Assembly: GCA_051362555.1 (NCBI GenBank)
Contig: CM120646.1
Location: forward strand, 10,912,001-10,976,000
Reading direction: 5' to 3'
DNA: 64,000 nt
Origin: Lingula anatina
Lineage: Eukaryota > Animalia > Brachiopoda
In this document: in pieces, positions 15,118 through 29,563 of the stretch
Layout: each line of letters begins with the position of its first letter
Position numbering within the stretch: the stretch's first letter is position 1
Notes under the pieces: model-generated
What the model was told of the DNA's origin: nothing
Seen by the model: only the letters and a program-made list of their open reading frames with translations
The model's database searches: none
Made by a program: the position numbers and the translations under genes

Positions 15118-18100
15118 AGATTTGGAGCTTTCAAATGACTGATGGTTTGGATCTGTGTATAGAAGGTTGGGGGTTAATCTGTCAATCTTGCCCTTTTGGC
15201 GCTCACCTGATTATCTACTCGATCAAGTTCAGTTTTAGATATGATGCTTTTCTGTTGTCCAGTTAAGGGACATAAACTGAGGTTGGGTAATTATCATTCA
15301 CGGCCAGGGCTCTTCTATACAGACAGCTATATGGGTAGCCAGTGAGTGGCTGTAAAATATATAATACTTTTCATCTTAACTTTTCACAAGGGGAAAGTTT
15401 CTTTCAGGCTTTAGGGAGCTGAAGAAAATGTAACCCATGTTTTTGTCCTGCTCAACATAATGTACATTAAAATTCTGATAACACAACCGCTGCACATTCA
15501 TGAATTGACATTTCGTTTTTGTCATTGCTGGTGTTTTTTTTTTTTTCAATTTTATACTGACATAAACCAAGGGGCCACTTTTGACTTAGGTGTCTCTTCG
15601 CCCTACAGCTGACACTGTTGATGTCTTAAATATTTTTTTCAGTTATTACCTCTTTCTTCTTGTACATCATCAGCAACAGTTTCAATGGAGATGAAAGATT
15701 TTGGTCACCCTATTTAACCTCTTATCTCGTCAGTGTCTATGGCATGACTGCCTTTTATCCCTATGTACGTCATGTTAACGTTCCAATGCGTGAACATAAT
15801 ATAAGCACTTCAGCAAGAAAACATTGTGAAACGTGTGACTTAACCAAACATATTATATGATAAGTGGTTTATTTGTTTTTGCTTTGTTTTTCGATTATGA
15901 TACAACAACGAAATAGTCAGCAACGATGGAGAAAGAAGCCAAAAATACTGTTACAATTTTTTTGTAACACTTAAAAAATACAGAAAGCTGCTTGTGGTTG
16001 AATTCAATGCTTTTGTCCTTATGGACTGGTATGTAAGCAAAGATAAACAAGTCACACCTTGGAGCCATGTCAGTCCATGTAGCACGATTCACCCTCGGCC
16101 CCCAGCTGCTGCTAGCCATATTGCAGTATCCATGGCACACGAGGGCAATAATTCCTTTTGGTGCGATCACATCCCAAGTCAAACTGTGTTCGACCCGTTT
16201 TATTTATCACTGTTGAACGTTGGAAAACATCAACAAGTACTTGTATTGTTCAAAATCGCCCTCTAAATGAAAACAAACTTAAGGACATATAGCATTCTGG
16301 AAAGCTGGTGAGATGAGAGACTCGTACAAGGTACAAACTAAACATACCTAATTATCAAATAACAAGATTACATTTTGTAGACTACAGACAACTTATACCT
16401 TTTAATAGACCAGTCTACCTGTATAGATGTAATTACTCGTTTTCTGTCAGAGGATCATGTCTAAATTGAATTTCTCAATTGGAGACTGACAAGTACAGGG
16501 CTTTTACGTAGAACTTTTTACATCCAAAATTCACACCCAGATTTGACACCTAATGTGACCTTGGGCCCACGGGGGAAATATCACGACTTTATCTCGAAAT
16601 CTCTCTGTGACAGATGAGGTGAGATGAGGAGAGAGGTCGGTTTAATAAAAAAAATCCCGGGTTAAAGAGTTCATGAATATTAGTTTTTGTGCATCTGTTT
16701 TCGTCGGTCTTTTATTTATTTATTTATTTTATTTATATTTATCAACTTTTCAGGAACGAACAACTACTAATTTAAACCCACGTATGTTGTTTTAAATCGA
16801 TTTTATTTAGAATCGATTAGAATACTAACTCGGATTCGTTTCAATTATCACCAAACTGCTACGGTGACAATGTCCATATGAATGTAAATCCAAACTTAAA
16901 GTTGCAAAGTTCTTTGTCGAACATTCCCTTTCTTTAGCCTACCGACGGATAAAAGTGACATTTTCACTTAGATTTGCAATAATCTTCACCAATCATCGAT
17001 CAGCTAAGCAGATAGTGATCTTCACTTTAAGTGTCATTTCACATCTTTGTCATCACCAAACTCTTATAAACTTAATGTACTTTTTCTGTTTCACTTATGA
17101 CAGGTCGAATCCTTCCCTCTGCCGTCAAATCAAACCAATCTTAGGTCAAGTGCTTCTACTGCAACCCCTTTAAATCAATCCCTGTGTAATCTATTGAATC
17201 CCAGCCCAGAGACGCTGTTGTTACACTGCGACGCTGTGAGAAGCCTTAAACCATCTCCATTCGCTTTTCCTTCTTTTGATCGAATGGGCTCCAGTTCATA
17301 AAGTCTATGGGACTACGTCAAACAGACTCACGTTTCCTATTGGACGCGCACTGGGAAATAATTTGATATGGTTTCCTTGAGACTTAGACACGCAAACAGC
17401 ACTGGGTCAAACGGGGGACATAAATAAGACTGGAACACGCTTCGGCTAGCATTAACGGACGCGAGTGGCCATCCTAACGCATGCACGGACTCTGTTGCTT
17501 AGGACCGTGCGGCTTGCTGGGTAAGGACGTTGTTTTAATGTCTTAGTTTCAGATTAGAGGTTTCACATACGTGACATATTAGTTATAAGCATTTTTTTGT
17601 TTCTATTAAGCACACGACCTGTGTAATTATCGAACGGACTTGGAGACAGCCAATAATGTTTATTAAAAATTTATCAACGTTATTAGTAAAAAAAAATTTC
17701 GTATAGTCGTATTGAAGTACAATATATATATATTTCCATATTGGTACTCTGCGACTTCGCAACGCAACAATGTGCAGCAAGTTTGTTTTTTTTTCACGCT
17801 GCACGAAAAGAACAAAAAGAAGAAACGCTCGTTTTTTATCTCGGTGGTCAACAGCATTACGGCATTAGTTGCATGCCAACAAAATTACATCTAACAGACC
17901 AAATGAATCAACGCATAATTACATGTACCTGTAAGAATGATATTGCGTCAATTTCGTATGATTTCATGAATTAATTATCACCAACCGCCTTCTTGAAACA
18001 TGCATATTGTATTGCCGTCATTGTTTCCACGGTATCTATTGCCTTGCTTGCGTATTCGCAATATCGCCAACACGTTCAAGCTTGTTCCACAGATAAGAAC

Positions 18101-20041
18101 TGTGCAATCATCTGCCAATAATTGAGTCGGATGTGAGATAAATGTGGCAGAAGTGGTAGACCTGATATAAAATCCAATTCACACTTTTTTTACCAAAATA
18201 GATGACGGACATACTTTTTTTCTAAAATTGATGGATAAAGAAGGTGCGTCTACCAGATGCCATAGACATAACTATTTAGTCATTTTAATTGTTAGAGATC
18301 AACCGGCCAGCTTGCAACCCATCCGTACATCTCATGCACGTTTCATGTCAGGTCGACGTGAACGTAAACCTACATTCAAAATGCTAACTCTAAACTTTAA
18401 AAGTTGCGCCTGGATGGTCCCGGTAACTGTACTGATTCCCAGTGGATTGAAATCTAGATCGTTAATTATATCAGTTAAGAAATGTTAGGTTAAGTGTAAA
18501 CCTGGGGGACACCTCATCAGCCCGAGCGTGCAGATGTAGTGTACGTGCCAAGGTTCTTAGCGTATTCGCGTTAAAAGTTGGTGAGTGCAACTGTATTGTC
18601 ATTGTCGTGCTGTTAGCATTGATATTAGCTAAATTAAATGCAAATATTTTGTGCATCATATTTAAAACGATTGAATAACTGTTTGAATGAAGAAAACGGA
18701 AAGTTGGATAAACGCAGTGTAAAATTAGTGAAAATGGATCGGTGTCCCTTCAGTGTAATATCATCATCCTTCTAAAACTTGTAGAAGTAGATGTTAAAAT
18801 ACATGTACGCCTTACAAATAGGTAATGGCAAGAGTAAAAAAACGCGACCTTTAGCGTCCAGGAAAAGGTATTCTAGCGGTAGGAGTAGTGCCAGCCGTTG
18901 AAAGTACCAAACACCCCCACATGAAGGCGTCATTATTGAAAGGTCATCATTTTCAAAGACTGAAAGATCTTTCAAGCGACACATGTGCGTCTGACAGATC
19001 AGTATTTAGGGTCGACGAGAGAGATGTCTGACAGGACCATTCAGAAGTATGTCTGATCTCTTTTGAACCATTCCACAAAGGTCGTGGCCTCAATAGTGCC
19101 GTTCCTCGCCTTTGGCAAATCAAAATTAAAGGTTATTTATTGGTACCCTAATACGTTTTGATTTCTTTTAACGAATTGCCTCCAGGTCTCTGTCGTTATC
19201 ATTTATTCAGGGAGGTCTCTGATTTATTATTTTCCCTTGACAGTTGATTTAAAGCGGCAGAAGTAGGTGTTTGTGCTTGACTAACCCTGCGTTGCGATGA
19301 GGAAGAGCGAACTGAATAATTGATAACTGGCTGTATTAATGCTGGGATAAGGAATTGTTAACTCGTGGATAAGTCTAAACAACCACAGTGAAATAAAAAT
19401 GGTCGTTTGCTGGATAATATAGTATGCCTATCCCCACTTAAAAATAAGGGGAGCTTTGGCTACATCCTGTGTAACGTAATAATGTTTCTTTTTTAATCTA
19501 TTCTACGAGCTTCCATTAATCCATCTGTGGTCTACCCAGCTGTCCGATAACACGTATTGTGCCATCTCTTTCAGTGTTAGGCTTTACAGGTCTTCTTGCG
19601 ATAGAATAGAAAATATCGGTGCTTAATGTGTACATAAAGGTTTTTTGTTTGTTTCCTCGTTTGGACAACGTTCAATAGGAAACCTGTTTATTTTTGTGTG
19701 AGAATTTGTTTCTACCACAACAGCTATAACACGACTTCATCTTCCCAACATGCATGTAAAAGCGAAATGTGATAAATAAAAATACAGTGTAATTTGATCA
19801 TCATCTCTTCAACTCGCAATCACACAATAAGAAATCGTATTCAAATCCGATAATGAGCGTTGGCGTCGGGTAAAGTTCGAATCCAAAACCCACTTTTCTC
19901 TTAACACGTCAAAATTTGATTAACGCATGGCATTGTGCACCTGGGACGTTGTTTCCTTTTTTGTGAGAGGAAAAAAGGGAATGCACTTTCACCAGCTAGG
20001 ATTCAAATAAGACTTACTAATTAAACGAATGAAGGTTTAAT

Positions 20042-20042
<1 letters not shown>

Positions 20043-20081
<39 letters not shown>
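20043..20081. repeat. (AC)n microsatellite
   Basis: Read directly from the sequence. Confidence 0.95.
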
Positions 20082-20083
<2 letters not shown>

Positions 20084-21025
20084 TATGTATAATTTAAAAT
20101 CAGGATGTTAAAGAACTGCTAAAACAAACGAGGCTGCATTCTGTGTCCGAACAGTGAGAATTGTACTTTGGCTCTATATGCCTTAAGATTGCCAAAGAGA
20201 GCTCTTTTAATTAAATGCTAAAGTTCATTTAGAAAAAGAAACAGAACCGATTGGTCACTACTTTTATCCAGACAGAGGGATTCAGCAGAGCGGAACTGAA
20301 TTTCATGATTGAAATATAAAATGATGATTGGAATATGGGAGGCGGGGGGGGGGGGGGGGGGGGGGGGTAATCCTAACATAAAGTTAAATTTTATTGTATT
20401 ATTGTATTTGTGAAAAGAGTAGCATTACATGACCATCGCTCTAGTATCCGCCGTGACCATAATTTGAAAGTTGACGCTACGCTATGTTCCCTTTTAAAAA
20501 CCTTATTTCTTATTTTTTAAGCCCATGTGACATTCCATTGTCAGCACGAATAAATTAATATAATTTTCTTCAAAACAAAATGTTCATACCTCTTTCTTCA
20601 TTAAGTATACTATACGCTTGATTTATCTTAGATATTGTTATGAAAATGGAAACGTTCCTACACTACAGGTGACAGCATCGTCATTAACGAATATGCCACC
20701 ATAATGCACACAAAGTCTTACTTTCGTGAATATATCGCTAACATGTTCATTAAAACATCATTCAGAGAGAACCAATTTCGCTATTAGTATGCTATAAGCA
20801 TGCTATGACAAATGTCAGTTAAGTTAAAATGACGTGTAGAATGTGTAGAAAGGTAGTGTATTAAACAAAACAGGACGTGATAAGCCTATGTAAAACCCGA
20901 GAACGGCACACATTTATTCTTGTTTAAGCGACAAATCGACATCCAAATACTAGTTCCGATAAACACCTGGTTGAAAAACCCGTCATCTTTATTTCGACGT
21001 TTTTTTCTACCATCTTACATTTATA

Positions 21026-21275
21026 CTGGGTTCCCATACCAAGATAATCTAACAGGATCGATCCATCTCCGAGGGGTTTCTCGCTAAATTGCTTTCAGCT
21101 TAAGCGACTTAGATATCTGGCACGCCTACTGATGCTGCTAAACGATAATTAATTACCCCCTACCAGATTAAGTAGGCGAAACAGACATTTAAACCGCTTA
21201 AGTTGATTGCAATTTAGCGAGAATCCCCTCGGAGATTGATCGTTCCGCAGTTAGTACGATAGGGTCTGGGAATGG
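21026..21275. mobile_element. Palindromic (fold-back) MITE
   Basis: ggatcgatccatctccgaggggtttctcgctaaattgc...cttaagcg is inverted as cgcttaag...gcaatttagcgagaatcccctcggagattgatcg. Family members at ~3451 and ~38127. Confidence 0.75.
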
Positions 21276-21638
21276 TCCCTTAAATTATACAATTAATTGT
21301 AACAACGTTAGAAATGTGAGAAATATTGTCAAATTATTAAAAAAATAAGATGGTAAACTCATCAATGTATATATAATATCGTTACAGGTACAATACAAGG
21401 AGGAATTTGGTTTAATGGTGAAAGGATAACATCGGAGAAATAAGTACAATTTTATACCTAAAGGAACAGCCAAATAGTCAACACATTCTCTATGTGCAAT
21501 GCTTCTTTTGAACATGAGTCTTTAAAGGTATTCCCCTCAGAAGCAGCACGATAGATTGGGAACGTCCTTCAGTTTCGCTCGTAAATTGTAGCATGCACCA
21601 TTTGTGAGAAAAACTGGATTTTTGCCACTGTTGAAAAT

Positions 21639-22928
21639 ATGGAAGTTGAATCCATAAACATGGCAAGGAATTTTGATGATGGATTGTATTCCGTGGGACC
21701 AAGATGGACAGCAACATCGATATATAGCATTGACGATGGCGGAATGCCAACCAACAGTACCGTTGAACCAATGAACGAGACTTGCGGTGATTTGCTGTAT
21801 CTCGGTAAGCAAGCCGAATACAAAGTGCCGATTTACGGTTACCTATCGCCGATTGTGGTCTTATTTACCGTTATTACAAACGTTCTCATTTGCGTTATCC
21901 TTCTACGACGACACATGCGTACTCCAACGAACGTCCTTCTGGTATTCATGGCTTTATCTGACCTGTTCACCGGGCTGTTTCCATTGCCTTTTTTGCTCTA
22001 CGTCTACACAGCTGGGCGCTACGTGGATTATCTGCCGTTTGACACATGCTGGATGTATAAATACCTATTTGAAATTATCCCAACGATATTCCACACGGCC
22101 TCTATATGGCTCACTGTTGCCCTTGCTTGCCAGAGGTACGTCTATATCTGCCATTCGACCAGGGCGAGGGAATGGTGTACGATACCAAATGTCATCAAGG
22201 CCACGTGCATCATCTATATTCTGAGCATCTTGTCGCAGTTAAGTCGATGCTTGGATACCGATATCACTGCATGTGAGGTGCCATCACTGGTGAATCCTAA
22301 CGAAACCATTACCACTTGTTTTGAACAGTTGACCCCCTTAATTGAAGCTAACCAAAACCTGTATTATAACATTTTCTTTTGGTACCGTGTTGTTGTCATA
22401 CACGCCATCCCGTGCGTCACACTCGTAGTCATGAATGCCCTGCTTGTGCGCGCCCTTCGTCGCGCACGGCGTCGTCGTGAGAGGCTCTTGCAGCAGAACA
22501 GAAAAAGCGAATGGAAGAAGATTCACGAAAGCAATTGCACCACCCTAATGTTAATTGCCGTCGTTGGTGTATTCCTTGTCGTTGAAGTGCCCATGGCCAT
22601 TAGCTTCATTCTGTACATCGTGCAGAACACCTTCGAACTTCTTATCCTGACCGACGACACCCAACAGAGTATTTCCATGATAATTAACTTCTTCATCTTA
22701 TTATCGTACCCGCTCAACTTTTTCATATATTGCGCCATGAGCAGACAGTTCAGAGAGACATTCAAGCAGGTGGTCTTACGGCGTCCTGCTGACTTGAAGA
22801 AGGATTCTACAAAATACACCACCTTACCGACCACAGTGAACATTGAAAACACTGTGGTCAAAAATGGCAATGGCGTTAGCGGCGATGATTATACGGGGCC
22901 TCAATGTAACGAAGAGTCCAAAGTGTGA
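21639..22928 (+). CDS. SPR: Rhodopsin-class neuropeptide GPCR, sex peptide receptor / myoinhibitory peptide (Wamide, allatostatin-B) receptor-like, 429 aa, intronless CDS
   Basis: Seven hydrophobic segments and SPR-type motifs YGYLSP, RHMRTPTN, PTIFHTASIWLTVALACQRY(V)YICH (QRY in place of DRY), AREWCT and NFFIYCAMSRQFRETF. N-terminal sequons NST and NET. Probable 5'UTR acceptor cccctcag ending at 21540; AATAAA near 24303 and 24626. Confidence 0.9.
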   Translation: MEVESINMARNFDDGLYSVGPRWTATSIYSIDDGGMPTNSTVEPMNETCGDLLYLGKQAEYKVPIYGYLSPIVVLFTVITNVLICVILLRRHMRTPTNVLLVFMALSDLFTGLFPLPFLLYVYTAGRYVDYLPFDTCWMYKYLFEIIPTIFHTASIWLTVALACQRYVYICHSTRAREWCTIPNVIKATCIIYILSILSQLSRCLDTDITACEVPSLVNPNETITTCFEQLTPLIEANQNLYYNIFFWYRVVVIHAIPCVTLVVMNALLVRALRRARRRRERLLQQNRKSEWKKIHESNCTTLMLIAVVGVFLVVEVPMAISFILYIVQNTFELLILTDDTQQSISMIINFFILLSYPLNFFIYCAMSRQFRETFKQVVLRRPADLKKDSTKYTTLPTTVNIENTVVKNGNGVSGDDYTGPQCNEESKV

Positions 22929-24904
22929 GTTAAACCCGAGAACTTCTGAAATGGCACCCCACGGTCATCCAGTACCAGACATAGGTGTGCAAAAAATGCT
23001 AATTAAAAATGATCCTGCCAACTGTACGTACTAATGTTAAAGACAATCAGCAGGCCTCGGGATGGGTGCGAACAATTACCATGAACACTCTACCATGTAT
23101 TAGGACAAAATTGACAAGAAGGGGATGTTGGCGGTGGTGGCAAACGTGACAAAGTTTCTTTGGAAATTCAAGAACATAAGCCAAGCTTATATTTAAGAGC
23201 GAACACGGCCAAGAAGTGTTACGCAAATGATAAGTGCCACTTTAGATAGTCTCAATGTTGTCGATAACGACCTGTCAACCCTTAGTAGCGACCATGGTCG
23301 AAAGTTAGTGAAGACAAATGAAATGTTCATATGACAGGATTGAACCCTTCAGAGGAGAGAAACATGTCAAGATATCATGCTTTGTGTGCACTGATCATCA
23401 TCATAAATGAGGTTGAGGAACTTGAGTGCAGTGATAAACCGTAAGCAGGTTCTTCCTCATGTGATAGTATAGGAATTTGTAAAATATGGCGCAATGAAAG
23501 ATACCGCAAAAATGACGATGATGTAGGTGCAGTTTAACGTCCGCTCAACGACTAGACAGTCCATGAAGACTTTAAAGGGAATGGTTGTAGAGAAATCAGT
23601 GTCGTCATAAATGTTGTCCAGCCTTTTTTGCAAACATTGAGTGGTCGGAGTCGTAATAGATTCACTCGATTTAACAAAGCAAGTGGCGTTCCACTCGATT
23701 CCAAATTTTGCTCAGTCTACAGCATGAAGAGAGAGTATCGTTCAATTGAGGAAAGGGTTTTTTTTACTACGATTTACATGTACTAGCTGGTTTTGGAAAG
23801 CTTAATCGTGAAAATATCATTCTACCAAGACACTGGAACAATTTGGACTGCCTTACTGTTGGCTGAGCTGCGCTCTGTCACATTGGCTGATGTTAAAAAC
23901 TTTCTGGTGAGTCTGCTGTGCCCACTGCTAATCAAGTTATCAACATACACTAAATGCTACTGCACTTATTGCCACAATATCACTTGTTGGTATAAACAAG
24001 TATATACCAAGTATGATTAAGAACAATGTCAAACGTTGAGTAAATGCGTAGGCTGAATCAATAATGATTTAGAGTATTGTCAAAAGTTGTCTGGTCTTGT
24101 ACATTGTAAGCGGTGGTGCATGTACAACTGATCCTGTTGTCAGATTGAACCGACTTCTTCGCTAAAAGGGGGAACGTTTTCAATTGAACCTGGAAATGAT
24201 TTAGATTACACGCGTCCAATTGCATTAACTACGTTTTAGTATAAACGTTATCAAGATGTGATTGATTTAAGAAGCAGCGTTTGCCCGCCAAGTGTGTCTT
24301 AGAATAAAGACAAATGCAGTTTGGTGTCGCTTGCTGTGTTACGAAAAGCGCTGGCACTAGCACGGCGGACCAACTGAGGCCGACGTTGACAAAAAAATTT
24401 ACAGTTACACATTGTTGTAGTAACGGATAGTTTAATGCTTTGCGGGGGTATCGTTACTGATAATCGACTCCGCATATAGATGTTGGTACTGATTCATTGT
24501 ACAAGCGTTGTAAATAGATAACAGTAGAATAGATCTCATTGCTGTGCTCAAGATACGAATGAAAGAAATTATAGTTTAGCTTTGATAACGTGGAAATTAA
24601 TTTTGTCTCAGAGAAAAATGCTCTAAATAAGCATTTAAATAACGGAGCTTCTTGTAATGACAGCGATATTAGGTAATGTTAACTGGCAACATTTTAGTGC
24701 TGGTACATTTTTCATTAAATATAAATCAAGTGCTAGCAGTTTTATTATATTTAATAATGCAGTACGTGTTTTGTTGTACATCATTCGACATAAAAGGCAA
24801 AGTGTACAGTGGTCATATGTGCATAATTTGTCGTGTATTTGTATTTAGGAAATATGCAATCGGTTAGTCTATCTTGGTGAGCTTGCACTAATGAAAACCA
24901 TCCG

Positions 24905-25270
24905 AGATAGCCTAAAATGGCGGCCTTCGGCTCTGCGTGACGTTATACGAGACTAGAAAACATGCGAGAATCCGCGTGAAGTGGTGTTTACTTCGTAGCG
25001 GTAACTGTCAAATTTAGTGCGCTGAAATTGTATGGAAAGCAAAACAGAAATGACACCTAGAACTTAGTGAATTCGTACTGTTGTGCAATAGGCTGTTATT
25101 TTCTAGAACTTGAGAAAAAACAGCCAAAAGAGTATCCGTTGATAAATTCTGTCAGAACTCTATGGTGAGTTGGCCATTATATCCTCCCCAATCTCTTCCA
25201 AAATCCCGAGTTCTCGATTGATTTTGCGCTAAGCCACGAGACTTTGAGCTTTCTCTAATGATTCGCGTGA
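24905..25270. repeat. Interspersed repeat, copy 1 of 2 (second copy ~29564-30115)
   Basis: Both copies share gatagcctaaaa, atacgagactagaaa, taaattctgtcag, cgagactttga and tgattcgc in the same order. Confidence 0.65.
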
Positions 25271-28200
25271 ATTGTGTAAGCACATATTTGTACCTATCTT
25301 GACATGAGACTTTACAGGTGTAAATATAAATACGTCTGATATGTTGTTCTATAAATTAACAAAATACCCCTCGAAAAATCAGAAGTAGCAGAAGTATCAA
25401 CATGTCATTTCAATGTGTGGTGGAGGGGGTATAAAAAGGGCATTTAATCCAGTACAGATGACTATGTGGGCCAATAGTTTTTGTCGTTCTATTTAAAGTT
25501 CTTTGTATTAATCAGAAAAAAGATGCGCCAAAATCAGTATTGAAATAGTTGTACTGCACCTTCAGGGTGGAATTTTTAAGCGTGCTGGCTCATTAAGACT
25601 GGATACTAGGTGTTGGTGTTATTATATGTAAACATGATGTTGATTCAGAAACCATGGTAACAATATGGTATATTTTGCATGAGAAATAAAAATATATAAA
25701 ACATGAGTGATGGTCGCATGCTCCTACATCGAAACAAGACGAATTCTTTCAAGACGAAACTATCGGATATTTCCATTTGTGTCAACACGTGCGTCAGTTA
25801 ATACTTGTCCCGATGAAAAAAGATTCACATATATACGGATCACTATTGACATGTGGTCATTCAATATTAACTGGACATGGTGAATGGCAGTAAAACAATA
25901 TAATATACAGACTACGGCATTTTAAATGACCAACCAGAAGCCTAGAATTCTTCAAGAAGGACAATAATTTCTGTTCACATAAGTGAATATATTACGATCT
26001 TGAAGAATTTGACAATTAGAAAAAAAAAAGAAGTAGAAATGATTGAAATCTAATTATTAATACTATAATGACACTATCACGTGACGCAGTGTAAACAATC
26101 TTAAATACACCGCTGTTTGTAAAATGTTACATATATAGAGCCATATCGCCAGAAGTTCCTGTTTTAGTTATACGTCTCAAAATTTGCCACAAACTGTACC
26201 TAATGTGATAAGTATTTGGGCTAACTTTGTTTTGAAATCACCAATGTTTTTTAAATAATGTGTAAATGCTCCAAATGTAGCCAATGAAAACACGGTTGTG
26301 TTATCAAATTTATCCATGGTTTTGAAATTTAATCTAAATCAAGGAAAAAGGACTTGAAATTGGAAATTGATCTCGTTAAACCAATTAATTTTAAATGACT
26401 AATATCCACCAGGGTAACGTTTGACAGGGAAATGAAGATTAATGACGATTTAAAAATGGTTGGCAAATCTTGGACTCATATGGCGCACTTGGTCTTGAAA
26501 CAGTGAAAGGACGGCAACGGTTTGCTGTATTTCCTTTCACCTACAATAAGACAAGCCGCGATAACCAGTCCAATTACATCTGCATCTTCCTACGTAAGCA
26601 CCAAATTTCGATTTCCTTTTTTAAATCCTAAAGGCAGAAATTAGAAAGACTGTTTTCGATAATAACTGCTAACCCAAGATGCCGTTAGCTCATACCCGGT
26701 TTCTGGGACAAGAGAAGAAACATGTGAGCCTCCTTGAAATGTAATCATTTAGAAGTGTGTTGATCAAGATACATGTGAATTTAGCGTGAGCATTATTCCG
26801 TCTGCTGAAGTATTCTGGGTGTTAAACAAGCACCAACACTTGTCGTCGTGTCAGGATGATACCATGTCGACTTTTAAGTCCACCTTGATCATTTCCAAGA
26901 CATGTCATGAGTATTTTTAGCATATACAGGAACGCAAAATAAATTTGTTCAAGCAGCCCGTATAGAGCAATTTTTGCAATACACATATCTATGATGACCG
27001 TTTTCACCTCAAGTTAAGAATTTATCTTTAAACATTGTTATATCAATCATTTGTATTGAAGCAGACAGACATAAATAATGTAACCTCTTAAAGAACATCA
27101 CAGCATGTGTAAATTATGCAGAATGGCGCGCCATGGCATCGTTGCTTTCGCTGATGTAAAGGTAGAGAAGGGAAATACTTGTGACATTACCAAAGTATAA
27201 ATTCTCTATTGAGTTTTCGGAAAGCAACGATTTTCATATTGTACGTTTAGCCAAATTAAACTTATTTCACTTCCGAGGTGGACATTCGGCATTTAATTCA
27301 AATTATGCTTAACAATGTACGTTTTTTTAATCCACTGATCGCAGCAACAAAGTGCGAATGCAAAAAGGGTTAACCTCCTTCCACGCACTTTTAAAACCAA
27401 TAACTTCCAAGACAATGGGGCACAAATACTTATTTGGAGGATCACTTAGGCAGGCTTCTTGTAACGAACTCAAAAATGTTTCACACTGTAGTATATTTTT
27501 AATTTTTCCTTGGCACCGTCGGGACTGAAGGGTTTGTCTGCATTCCAAATTTTAAATAAAGATTGTTCATCCAGCTTCCCCTTGCCTTCTCGAAAAAAGG
27601 AGAAAGGGTATTTTAGAGCCTCGAGAAGCAATTCAATGCTATTTGCTAAATATGTGGGAAGAAGGTGTGAATTATGTAGAATCAATTAATTGTTCTCTCC
27701 TGTTGATATCCGTTTTTTTTTTCAATTGAGGGAGTTTCCACGTTGAAAAAAAATCAGATTACATTCGAGGAAACCCACAACACTTATCATAATGGACAAA
27801 TCCATATGTCAATTTTGTGCAATTACTCGTAGAGCGGCTGTAATCACTAAGGGAGTCGACCATGGAACAAGATAGATAAATGGAGTCAGCCAGTTGAAAA
27901 GACAGACCAATATACAGCAAGATGATCTATCACACTACTGTGGAACAGGCGACTGAGTTCTTATAGCAAAGTTTCCATGCTTAGCTAGTCCTGTGTCTCA
28001 AGCCTTTATTCAAAGGAAGACGATGTGTGACAAACCTCTGAATAATAAATGGTAGTTGACATGGATCTGGTCGACGAAAACTTGAAATGACATGAACATA
28101 TTGCACCTGGCTCACTGATTTTAGTGCATCAGACCATTACATAATACGAGGGTCTTTCCATTAAATGTAACTACAGAGACTCCTGGTGGAGGGCATTTTC

Positions 28201-28872
28201 TTGCTATCTGTCTCTGAGAATCGCAAATGGGTTGTAAGGTGATGTCTACATAATCTCTACAGTATACAAGTTGTCTCTCTTCACCTCCGTCAAATTTCAT
28301 CGATCGCCTAGGTTTTTCGACAATTTTGTTGACCTTTTCGAGTTCATTATAATGTTCAAAACACTCAAAAAAGTCTTGCGACCAGAGATTATCGCATGAG
28401 GTCTCATCATGGCAAAACAATGTTGCACAATTTTCAATTCACTTCAGTGGGCATCACAGGTCTTTAAAGACGTCTAACACACAGGCTGCGTAAATTTGGG
28501 GTAAAATCAAACGGCAAGAGTAAATTTGTTATTGAAACTTAAATACAAATGCTCTCATTGGTGCCCTCGGTCTGAGCTGGTGGCTTTGCCGTTGCAGGTG
28601 TCTTCAATACCGAGTGTCTAGCCACCAAGTCGAAACTCCATTACAACCACGTCACTTCGCCTCTGGTCCTTTTTTCTCTCACTAGACCCTTTCCTTCCTA
28701 GTTTCCTTGGAATTGTTTTAAGGTACATGGGATGAAGGCCCGGGGGAGAAGTTGGGGCAGGTTTTTGGAAAGTGAAGATGCAAAATCCTTATTATGCAAT
28801 AGGCCCCTATATGCATATACAAGCGAATCTTTTCGCGAGATTTTTAAAAGACCAATTTAAACTAAAAACTTG

Positions 28873-28911
<39 letters not shown>

Positions 28912-29396
28912 CCCCTTTACAAAAAAAAAAATGGATGGCTGCATCAGACAATACATACATATGACCCTTATTTAATTGCATATTATCAATCCCTTCTTCT
29001 TCTTCCTCCTCTTCTTCTGCTTCTTCTTCTTATTATTATCACTTGAAATACGCCCATAATCTGAACAAGAGCTCAGAAAAAATAACAGATTGGACATGAT
29101 TTCTCTCTATATTAAAAACCACATACTGAAAAGCTTTCCATTATTTCCCACAGATCTGAACTCCGCTATTTCCAATCGGCCTCGGCTACTCAATAAGATC
29201 CAATGATGATGGCCGGATATGAGACTTTAGATGAGATAATATGTCTATTATCGTGCACAGATAATTGTCTACTTTCGTTGTATAAATTTATTTGAAGAAA
29301 TAAAAGACACTGCATCAGCCGATCGAAGACAAAAAGGGCAGATTATTTTTACCCCCTCTCAGAATATATTTGGCAAATATAAATTGTACTTAAACT

Positions 29397-29431
<35 letters not shown>

Positions 29432-29563
29432 TCGATAGATAGATAGTCGTGAGCGTGGGTAAATGAACTTATCGAAAATGTTATTCTGTATGTTAGGCTC
29501 GAGAATTTAATGTCCAAGTGGCATTTGTTAAATACCCTTTGATGATTTTCCCGTAATAAGGCA

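Noticed and set aside
21490-22870. Overlapping ORFs within the GPCR
   Set aside because: Alternate-frame and antisense shadows without independent motifs.
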